Of a stretch of DNA of 64,000 nucleotides, positions 56,520-64,000 are shown in pieces. A model generated the notes under the pieces. It ran no database searches. It saw only the letters and a list, made by a program, of their open reading frames with translations, and was not told the DNA's origin. The position numbers and the translations under genes are program-made. Positions within the stretch are counted from its first letter, which is position 1, and each line of letters begins with the position of its first letter. Location: NCBI GenBank assembly GCA_036337435.1, contig JAYZEG010000037.1, positions 64,001 through 128,000 of the forward strand. The letters are read 5' to 3'. Source of the DNA: Myxococcota bacterium (GTDB lineage Bacteria; Myxococcota_A; Bradymonadia; UBA7976; UBA1532).

Positions 56520-57320
56520 ATGAAATTAACCCAAGCACTGATCCTAAGTCTGGACACGGAAACAACGGGGCCCGATCCAAAGCATGACAAGATTGTCGAG
56601 ATCGGCGGAGGCTACCTGCAGGCTGGCGAACAAGTCGGCCCAATGCTGCGCGCGCTCGTAGACCCTGAACGTTACATCCCCGCCGGTGCAACACAGGTTC
56701 ATGGCATTCGCAATGAAGATGTCGAAAATGCTCCAAAATGGCCCGAAGTCGCGGCCCGATTGAAAACGCATATCGACGCGGATCCAGTGATCGTAGGGTA
56801 CAACATCCTGGGGTTTGATTCGCCGATCATCAATCACGAAAACGAACGCAATCAGATCGACTGGCGCATGCCGAGAAGCCTCGACCCATTCGTTTGGGTC
56901 ATGTGGTATGAGCGAGGTGCCGTGATCAAAAAGCTCGGCCCCACCTGCGAGAGATATGGCGTCAGTCTACCAGAGGACCGAGCACACACCGCCGATGCCG
57001 ATGCCTTTGCGACCGGTCTTCTTCTCATGTCCATGGTCATCGAAGGCATTATTCCAGACGATGTGGAATGGGCCTTCGCGGAGCAAGCCGCGCTGCGAAA
57101 AAAACTTGATGAGGAATATCAAGAATTCGGACGTGCGATTTTTCCTGACAGAGCCTCGGGCGTCTATCGGTTGGGCATGGGAAAGCACTGTGGAACCCCC
57201 GTCGACGAAGCGGACGAAGGCTATTTAAAGTGGCTCGCAGGTCGCCCCGATCTGACCCCAACCAGCCGAAGCATTCTCAAGCGTACGCTGGGCGAGGTTG
57301 AACAGATCGGGCTGTTTTAA
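56520..57320 (+). CDS. DEDDh 3'-5' exonuclease (DnaQ/ExoX-like)
   Basis: ExoI DTETTG, ExoII YN..GFD, ExoIII H.A..D, C-terminal GKH.G......YL.W module. Confidence 0.9.
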   Translation: MKLTQALILSLDTETTGPDPKHDKIVEIGGGYLQAGEQVGPMLRALVDPERYIPAGATQVHGIRNEDVENAPKWPEVAARLKTHIDADPVIVGYNILGFDSPIINHENERNQIDWRMPRSLDPFVWVMWYERGAVIKKLGPTCERYGVSLPEDRAHTADADAFATGLLLMSMVIEGIIPDDVEWAFAEQAALRKKLDEEYQEFGRAIFPDRASGVYRLGMGKHCGTPVDEADEGYLKWLAGRPDLTPTSRSILKRTLGEVEQIGLF

Positions 57321-57325
57321 ACACG

Positions 57326-57790
57326 ATGACCGAGAACAGAGCAAAAATTTGGGTCGACGCCGACGCGGTTCCACGCGAAATTCGACGTGTCATTCTAAAG
57401 GCCTCACAAAGGAGACGAGTCGAAACTCTTTTTGTCGCCAATCGAATTCCATACGGTCTGACAGGGCCGTACGTCAGTGCAATCCAGGTTCAAACATCCG
57501 ATGATGCAGCCGATGATTACATCGTCGAGCACTGTCGGACCGGTGACCTGGTCGTCTCTGCGGATGTCCCATTAGCGGCTCGCGTTGTCGAGTCTGGTGC
57601 TTTGATCATCCAACCAAGGGGTCGAGTACTTGACGCAGAAACAGTTCGAGAGTCCTTAAGTGTCCGAGACTTTAATGAGGAATTGCGGTCAGCAGGTCAC
57701 GAGACCGGTGGACAAGCCCCCTTCAAGCCAGCTGACAAAATGCGCTTTGCAAACGCGCTCGATCGCTGGCTTACGTTGAACGGTTTTTAG
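57326..57790 (+). CDS. YaiI/YqxD (UPF0178) family protein
   Basis: IWVDADA.P, D.ADDYI, GDLVVS.DVPLA, FANALDR.L. Confidence 0.93.
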   Translation: MTENRAKIWVDADAVPREIRRVILKASQRRRVETLFVANRIPYGLTGPYVSAIQVQTSDDAADDYIVEHCRTGDLVVSADVPLAARVVESGALIIQPRGRVLDAETVRESLSVRDFNEELRSAGHETGGQAPFKPADKMRFANALDRWLTLNGF

Positions 57791-57808
57791 CGGCGGCATA
57801 CAACCGAC

Positions 57809-59323
57809 TCAGCGCTCCGATTCCAACCAGGCGGACGCGCGTAAATTAGACGCATCCATCTGGTGGCTCGCCACTGGCCTGTGGGTCCGAAAGCGGTATT
57901 CAAAGACCATAATCCCCTGTTCAGACTCGATATTTCTGAGCTCATCGTTTTGAAGTCTCGAAAGGGCATAAGCGATGGCCAAGCTGAGACCCCATCCTGG
58001 AGACCCAAGCCCCGTTTCGAGCCGATGACGGTAAAGCCTGTCTGATAATTTTGGCATACTGATGGTCTCCGATGCGTCGCCATCATCCATGACTCTAACG
58101 ACGACATCACTTCCCTCGGCGTATGCAGAGACAGACACACGCTCCCTGGCATGGATCAGGGCATTGTAAATGAGATTACCAAGGCTTTGTTCACACAAAG
58201 TAGAGTCTGACTCGGTCACGAGCTGAGCACTATCAACTGCACACTCGAACACAATGCCGCGCTCTCGGGCCAGATTGGAGAATCGATGACTGAGAGCTGA
58301 CAAAATGGAGTCGATTCGGGTCTTTTCTCGACTGACTCTCACGCTGCTCAACTCCACTTCAAACAAAGTGACGAGACTCGAGAAAACAATATGTAGGTAC
58401 TCAACCTCTTGAGCGAGTTTGCCAGACGTATCGATATTTGCGCCCAAGCGTCCAATGCCTAATTTGAGAGAGGCCAAAGGGGTTCTGACATCATGTGCTA
58501 AAGCAGCTAGGTGAGTTTTTAGATTCAATCTTTCACGACGCAATTCGACTTGGGATTTTTCAAGGTCTCGGCCGGCACCGATGAGGTTGAGATAGGTGAG
58601 TCTGACAACTTCAACAGCGTTGGCCATCGGCATCAAAGAAAATGCGTAGGACCATTGAAAAAGAAAACCGAGAAGTTCGATAACAATCGCCACCCCCGTC
58701 AGTGAAATCCCGAAAACTAAACTCCGATCCGGTCTCGCTTTTGCACGGACCTGTCGCAGAAAAAAAACCATCGAAATCAACACGTTGAGTGCGATGAAGC
58801 CAGAGAGTAGTAAGGTCACATCATTAGGGCTAAAAGCACCCCCTAAGTGAACCATCACAACACTCGCAGCCGCCGGTGGTTGAGAACTGAAAATGATATG
58901 TTCACCGGTCACTAAGGCATAAATTACCGAGGTACTGACAATCAACATAACCAAGGCGTAGGCAGCGACGAAAAAGCGTACTTGGCGTAATTCAAGACCA
59001 AGATGTGCTGTCAATGTTCGGACGTAAAGATAGCCAGCGACGGGTGCGACGAGCCAACATAGATGGAATAAAAATCGAATGCCTTTTGGGCCGATATCAA
59101 AAAATGGGGCAACTGTGGTTCCGTACAGGGCAAGACAAATCGCGGCCGACGCGAAGGCGAAACGCTTCAGATATTTTAGTTCAGGTGACGAATTGTTTTT
59201 ACCAAAGGAGACGTTGATTAACCCCTGCTGGAGAAAAACACCTGCAAACAGTAGGTACAAAGAAAGGGGAATTAGCACAAAGCTGCTATTGCTCAACTCA
59301 ATCAACGCAACATCCATCCTCAA
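57809..59323 (-). CDS. Orphan membrane sensor histidine kinase with divergent ATPase domain
   Basis: About 7 TM helices, H-box AHDVRTPL, N-box NLIYNA, degenerate G1 (DDGDAS) and G2 (GWGLSL). Confidence 0.8.
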   Translation of the reverse strand: MRMDVALIELSNSSFVLIPLSLYLLFAGVFLQQGLINVSFGKNNSSPELKYLKRFAFASAAICLALYGTTVAPFFDIGPKGIRFLFHLCWLVAPVAGYLYVRTLTAHLGLELRQVRFFVAAYALVMLIVSTSVIYALVTGEHIIFSSQPPAAASVVMVHLGGAFSPNDVTLLLSGFIALNVLISMVFFLRQVRAKARPDRSLVFGISLTGVAIVIELLGFLFQWSYAFSLMPMANAVEVVRLTYLNLIGAGRDLEKSQVELRRERLNLKTHLAALAHDVRTPLASLKLGIGRLGANIDTSGKLAQEVEYLHIVFSSLVTLFEVELSSVRVSREKTRIDSILSALSHRFSNLARERGIVFECAVDSAQLVTESDSTLCEQSLGNLIYNALIHARERVSVSAYAEGSDVVVRVMDDGDASETISMPKLSDRLYRHRLETGLGSPGWGLSLAIAYALSRLQNDELRNIESEQGIMVFEYRFRTHRPVASHQMDASNLRASAWLESER

Positions 59324-59430
59324 TGTTGTCCAAAACCACCTTCGTCAAAAACGAGCCAACCAACGGACCGAACACAGCCTGAATGTGCAGTTCAAATCGA
59401 TGTCGAATAAACCAGGTTTGCTTCAACAAG

Positions 59431-60006
59431 CTAACCTCCATAGTGCTGAACGATGGCCTCTGCTCGCTTCACGAACGCCTCTCTATGAAATTGATTAAAG
59501 TTGTCCCAGGTGCAAAATGTCGATGAATCTTGAACACGGTCGACAAACAAGCGTCCTTCCAAATGATCAAATTCGTGCTGAAAAGTACCCGCAGTCAATC
59601 CATGAACATCTAAATGAATTGGATTACCTGTCCGATCCAGAGCATCGATCTGCACGTGCATCGACCGGCTCACAAGGCCTCGCAGATTGGGTACGCTGAG
59701 GCAGCCTTCATACAACTGTTCGCTTGACTCACCGATGACTGTCACCGTTGGATTGACAAACACCGTAAGGGGAAAGTTTGGTTTGTACGGGTAGCGGGGG
59801 TTATCCGCAATCTGAACGGCCGCGATGGCCACGGGGTGTCCAACCTGCGGCGCAGCCAGCCCGGCACCGTTCGCAGCGCACATGGTCTCGACTAGATCGT
59901 CGATGAACCCTTGGATCTCTTGAGATCTAAGCTCGTCTAGACTGATGCGCCTGCAGACGGTTCTCAGGATTGGGTCCCCGATGAGTCTGATGGGCAGTAC
60001 GGCCAA
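59431..60006 (-). CDS. def: Peptide deformylase
   Basis: GLAAPQVG, EGCLS, QHEFDHL. TTG start at 60006 with SD AGGAG. Confidence 0.95.
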   Translation of the reverse strand: MAVLPIRLIGDPILRTVCRRISLDELRSQEIQGFIDDLVETMCAANGAGLAAPQVGHPVAIAAVQIADNPRYPYKPNFPLTVFVNPTVTVIGESSEQLYEGCLSVPNLRGLVSRSMHVQIDALDRTGNPIHLDVHGLTAGTFQHEFDHLEGRLFVDRVQDSSTFCTWDNFNQFHREAFVKRAEAIVQHYGG

Positions 60007-60020
60007 AATATGTCTCCTAT

Positions 60021-60656
60021 TTAACCCTTTGGTCCTGCAACCGGATCGTGACCATGCTGCACCATTCGGTCCGCGAACCGAAAAAGATAGTCGAAGCACT
60101 CGGCTTGAGTTTTCGCGTGCTGCCAATCCCGACCCCACACATAAATGCCATGTCGTCTCACGAGAACAGCGTCGGCTTGCGGATTGGCATCGATTGCAAG
60201 TGCCATGCTCTCGGTCAATTCACATTCACGTGCTGTGTTCTCAATGATGGGTACTTCAACGGTATCGTAGTAACCATAATCTCGGAGGCCTTTGATCATC
60301 TCGACATGACTCACCCGAAACATATTGCCAAAATGGACCGTTGCCATAAGAGCATCCAGACTGTGGCTATGGAGGACGGCACCCGCACCCCTTTGGCGGA
60401 ACGCATTGAAAAACAGTGGTGAGCATTCAGTCAGCTTGAGTGCCTTATTTTGTGGTGCTTTCAAAATTTGACCGTCCAGGTCTAGTTCAAAGACATCCTC
60501 TGGTCTAATCCGTTCCTTCTGAACACCACTGGGTGCCATATAGACAATATTATCGGCCCGAATCGCGATGCCTCCGCCCGTGCCTGTACACCATCCTAAA
60601 TGATAGAATTGCCTACACAGCTCAGGGATTAAATTGCGTGGATGCTCGTCTTTCAT
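60021..60656 (-). CDS. mtnB: Methylthioribulose-1-phosphate dehydratase (APIP/Mde1-like)
   Basis: GW.TGTGGG, APSGVQKER, HSHS, EMIKG, VPIIEN, VRRHG.YVWG. Start moved to ATG 60656. Confidence 0.93.
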   Translation of the reverse strand: MKDEHPRNLIPELCRQFYHLGWCTGTGGGIAIRADNIVYMAPSGVQKERIRPEDVFELDLDGQILKAPQNKALKLTECSPLFFNAFRQRGAGAVLHSHSLDALMATVHFGNMFRVSHVEMIKGLRDYGYYDTVEVPIIENTARECELTESMALAIDANPQADAVLVRRHGIYVWGRDWQHAKTQAECFDYLFRFADRMVQHGHDPVAGPKG

Positions 60657-60726
60657 GCCAATTGTACTCCAATCTGTCCAATGCCCGTAGGTTGCAACTG
60701 TTGTGGGCCAAGAGCAAGCCAAACAG

Positions 60727-61221
60727 CTACTCTGTCCGTCGATAGGCTTCGTGCAACAAGGTTTTAAAGCCAAGCGCCTGCCAAAAACAGCTGGCTTCTT
60801 GATTGTTGGGGTCATAATTCACTTGAATATCTGTGACCCCACGACGCTTGAATTCGTTGGTCAAATCGTCAACCAGGGCGCGACCTAAACCGTGTCCACG
60901 GTAATTCGAATCAACAACGAGATCGAAGATCATGCCCACCGTACGGACAACATACACAGGTGCTCGTTGACCAATGGAGCCCAAAGTATAGCCGACGACT
61001 TGCCCGGCTTTCTCGGCCACGCGGATAACAGAATCGGACTCATCTAACTTCCGACGCACCCATGCACGCCAAGTCGCCGGACTATGGGTTTCAGTATCGT
61101 ATAGCCTTGGCTCTAAGGACTTATGGTGGGCCATCAGCTGGCCCCATAAAACGACGATTTCATCGAGATCGATTAAACGCGCTGCCCGAATTTTGACCGG
61201 TGTCACTGAATCCATGCTCAT
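60727..61221 (-). CDS. GNAT family N-acetyltransferase
   Basis: L.V...YRGHGLGRAL, N..A..FW..LGF. Confidence 0.9.
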   Translation of the reverse strand: MSMDSVTPVKIRAARLIDLDEIVVLWGQLMAHHKSLEPRLYDTETHSPATWRAWVRRKLDESDSVIRVAEKAGQVVGYTLGSIGQRAPVYVVRTVGMIFDLVVDSNYRGHGLGRALVDDLTNEFKRRGVTDIQVNYDPNNQEASCFWQALGFKTLLHEAYRRTE

Positions 61222-62072
61222 ATCTTTTCAATGGCAAATCGAACGATTCGGTTCGCTAATTTTCCTGGAATTTCCAAATGCGGAGAATGTCCAAACCCAA
61301 CGGGGGTCTCAATGGCTACATTCTCCGGCATATGGTCTCGATACCAATGAAGGCATTCAATGGGTAGAAGACGTTCTGATTGCCCCCATAGCAGTAGCGT
61401 GGGTGGCTTGAGTCTAGCAACCTCACTCGAAGACATGGGTTCGATGTCTGCATCGGGTGCCAAAAATGAACTGATTGAACCCCGACTCAGTAAACGGGTT
61501 ATTTCGCGGCCGATCAAGAACCGATACCAAGGCGGTTTATGAAATAGTCTGGCCATAAAGGCACGTCCATCAGCCGCTGTTTTTACCTCAAAACAGCGGC
61601 GAACATGCGCGAACCCATCAGGTGTCATGGGTGCGCCGGCGGGAGAAATTAACACAAGGCGTACGACATTATGCGGTGCAGCCAGCGCATATTTCATTGC
61701 CATCGCACCACCGAGAGAAGTGCCGACGAGCACAACTGGCTCATCTAAATTATCGTCCAAGAATGACGCGAGGCGCGCGAATGTTTCTTGTGCGGTAACA
61801 GTTTTGTCAGGCGTGTCACTAAAGCCATGTCCGAGAAGGTCTGGTGCCAGAATATACGAGGCTGTTTTTTTTAATCGCCTCAACAGCCGCGCAAAGGCAG
61901 ACGCATGAGTACCCAGTCCATGTAAAACAACGTATCTGACATGGCCCTGCCCCTGTCCGAGGACATAGCTGTGCATTTGTGAGCCATGGGGGCCCGACAT
62001 AGAGCTGCGAAACCCGTCTTTTATTAAGATCCGACGAATGACCCGCTGGTGAATGTCTAGTAACCCGTTCAT
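61218..62072 (-). CDS. Alpha/beta fold hydrolase
   Basis: LHGLG, PDLLGHG.S, GTSLGG nucleophile elbow, GHSP. Confidence 0.9.
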   Translation of the reverse strand: MNGLLDIHQRVIRRILIKDGFRSSMSGPHGSQMHSYVLGQGQGHVRYVVLHGLGTHASAFARLLRRLKKTASYILAPDLLGHGFSDTPDKTVTAQETFARLASFLDDNLDEPVVLVGTSLGGAMAMKYALAAPHNVVRLVLISPAGAPMTPDGFAHVRRCFEVKTAADGRAFMARLFHKPPWYRFLIGREITRLLSRGSISSFLAPDADIEPMSSSEVARLKPPTLLLWGQSERLLPIECLHWYRDHMPENVAIETPVGFGHSPHLEIPGKLANRIVRFAIEKI

Positions 62073-62133
62073 AGACGAACACCATGATGACCGACGCTCG
62101 TTAGCAAGGCAAATCTCCGACCTGTTGTACGCA

Positions 62134-63867
62134 TCAATGGGCCAGTTGCCGTTCGACTAACTGAGCGTACAAGCCGTCCCGCCCCATCAGCTGTTGATGG
62201 GAACCACTCTGTGCGACTCGGCCTCCATCGATCACCAAAATTCTATCAGCCGATTTCACAGTGCTCAGACGGTGAGCGATCACCAGGGTGGTCCGGCCTG
62301 ACATGAGTTTTTTGAGTGCATCCTGAACCAAGTATTCCGATTCGGCATCCAACGCACTCGTTGCTTCATCAAGGATCAACACCGGCGCATCTTCGAGCAG
62401 GGCGCGTGCGATGGCAATTCTCTGCCGCTGCCCACCCGATAAACGAATGCCGCGTTCGCCGATATGTGTGGCCATCCCCTCCGGTAAACCCGTGACGAAC
62501 TCCGCAGCATTTGCAGCACGGGCCGCGTCCATGACCTCGTCCATTGTTGCTTCAGGCCGGCCGTAACGGATGTTTTCCGCGATACTCGTCGCAAACAGTA
62601 TGGGATCTTGGGCAACCACACCAATCTGACTTCGATACCAGGTCGCATCGAGAGATGGCAGACCATGACCATCGATACAAATCTCACCTTCATCCGGGTC
62701 ATAAAATCGGCTGACCAGGGATGCGATGGTTGATTTACCGCCACCCGATGGACCAACCAGGGCAACGCATTCACCGGCCTTCAATGTCAGAGTAATTCCC
62801 CGTAAAACTTGAACATCGTCCCGAGCGGGATAGGAGAAGTGCACGTTCTCTAAGGTCACCTCACCGACCAATTTGGGTAGAACCACGTCGCCAGAGACCA
62901 TTTTTGGACTGCGCTCAAGAAGTTCAAACACGCGCTCACTTGCCCCGATTGCCCGCATGAAATCTTGCCAAACGCGCCCGAGTGCTGCGATTGAGAAAGC
63001 AACTGTGAAGGGGTACAGCAGAAATGATGTCAACTCACCCATTGTCAACGCGTTCTCGACAAGGAGATGCCCGCCGTACCAAAGGACGCCGCTGATGGCA
63101 CCGTAGCCGGCAAATGCCGCTATCGCACCAAAGACAGCATCAATTCGAGCTCGTTTTCGAGCCAATTCGAACGACACCGAGATCTGAGATTGGTAGCGCT
63201 CAGCTTCTTGCTGCTCTCTAGAAAATGCGCGGACCGTTCGTATCCCGGATAGAGTTTCATCAGCAATTTCTGTCGCGGTTGCCAAGGCATCTTGAACCTG
63301 CCGAGACAAACGTCTGACCCATCGGCCGTAAAATAAAGCACCAGCGACGGCGACTGGCACCAAAATAAGCATGACAATGGTCAAACGCCATGATGTCCAG
63401 GCTAGAATGGCGATGGCTCCAAGTGTTGTGATGGTATAGCGCAGAAACATGGACACATTTACAGTCGCAGTATTCTGCACAACAGTGGTGTCTGCAGATA
63501 ACCGATTGGTCATTTCGCCCGTTCTACGCTCATCGAAAAAAGCGATTTCTTGACGAACTAAACTTGCATAGAGACGCTGTCGAAGACGGGTCACAATTCG
63601 CTCACCTGTGATCGTGAATAAATACATCCGAACAGCGGTTAAAATCGATGTAAGGGCAAATAGAATCAGCAATTGAAAAGCATATTGGTCGACGGCTGCT
63701 ACCCCGCCTCCACCGCCCACCCCATCGACGATGAGCCTGACCAGTTGAGGATACGTCAAAGTGAGGCCGGCTGTACCAAGCAAGGCCAGCGTAGCCCACA
63801 CCAAGGGGAGCAGTTCGGGTCGTGCAAGGGCGAGTATGCGCTTGAATGGGTCTAAACGCCGGTCCAT
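62134..63867 (-). CDS. ABC exporter half-transporter (TMD plus NBD; MsbA/ABCB-like)
   Basis: Six TMs, GPSGGGKST, LSGGQRQR, ILDEATSALD, IAHRLST. Start moved to ATG 63867 because the upstream CDS ends at 63878. Confidence 0.93.
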   Translation of the reverse strand: MDRRLDPFKRILALARPELLPLVWATLALLGTAGLTLTYPQLVRLIVDGVGGGGGVAAVDQYAFQLLILFALTSILTAVRMYLFTITGERIVTRLRQRLYASLVRQEIAFFDERRTGEMTNRLSADTTVVQNTATVNVSMFLRYTITTLGAIAILAWTSWRLTIVMLILVPVAVAGALFYGRWVRRLSRQVQDALATATEIADETLSGIRTVRAFSREQQEAERYQSQISVSFELARKRARIDAVFGAIAAFAGYGAISGVLWYGGHLLVENALTMGELTSFLLYPFTVAFSIAALGRVWQDFMRAIGASERVFELLERSPKMVSGDVVLPKLVGEVTLENVHFSYPARDDVQVLRGITLTLKAGECVALVGPSGGGKSTIASLVSRFYDPDEGEICIDGHGLPSLDATWYRSQIGVVAQDPILFATSIAENIRYGRPEATMDEVMDAARAANAAEFVTGLPEGMATHIGERGIRLSGGQRQRIAIARALLEDAPVLILDEATSALDAESEYLVQDALKKLMSGRTTLVIAHRLSTVKSADRILVIDGGRVAQSGSHQQLMGRDGLYAQLVERQLAH

Positions 63868-63877
63868 AAACGTGACT

Positions 63878-64000
63878 CTACTCCGTCGGACACCGAGTGA
63901 GCGACTGAATCCAATCACGGACCAGCGATTGGCCCTCACCATGTACTCGATTGGAACCGATAGGTGGCATACCTTCGCCGTCGCGACGACTCATGCGGAG
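63878..64000 (-). CDS. C-terminal end of a gene entering from the right edge, probably a c-type cytochrome domain protein
   Basis: Hand translation LRMSRRDGEGMPPIGSNRVHGEGQSLVRDWIQSLTRCPTE*. The RM...MPP.G...V...G..L...WI pattern resembles the tail of SO2930-like diheme or PQQ-dehydrogenase-fused cytochrome domains. No CxxCH is visible in this fragment. Confidence 0.55.
   Translation of the reverse strand, partial: LRMSRRDGEGMPPIGSNRVHGEGQSLVRDWIQSLTRCPTE

Noticed and set aside
1..64000. tRNA, rRNA, CRISPR arrays, transposases, integrases, reverse transcriptase/DGR
   Set aside because: None was recognised by eye, and intergenic gaps are short. A tRNAscan/Infernal run would be needed to exclude small RNAs.

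Overview
This is a gene-dense bacterial chromosomal segment. Gene order and protein families point to Myxococcota or a related deltaproteobacterial lineage (inference). The left third is a type IVa pilus locus on the minus strand: ribF-aroE-pilB-pilT-pilC-pilS-pilR-pilin-pilA-pilG, then pilH-pilI. A nucleotide-sugar epimerase and an oppositely oriented flippase-like gene sit between pilG and pilH, and no pilD is present. There are three type IV pilin genes. Two of them carry matching sigma54-type promoters and a shared tandem TGAC-N7-GTCA upstream element. The third pilin lies in a plus-strand run: outer-membrane barrel, pilin, 7-bladed propeller lipoprotein, and a tandem-duplicated (4 x CxxCH) di-heme oxidoreductase-family lipoprotein. 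Next come two paralogous lipoproteins built from a 10-Cys repeat, a single-chain eukaryote-like acyl-CoA carboxylase, an Ig-repeat lipoprotein and a GH31 lipoprotein. The rest is housekeeping and regulatory genes: RpoH-type sigma, bolA-grxD, SNF2 helicase, SLC12-like transporter, lpdA-E1beta-E2-lipB-lipA without E1alpha, DEDDh exonuclease, def, an APIP-like mtnB and an ABC exporter. I saw no rRNA, tRNA, CRISPR array, transposase or integrase. All calls come from motif reading by eye; no database search was run. Several start codons were moved downstream of the ORF-track starts.
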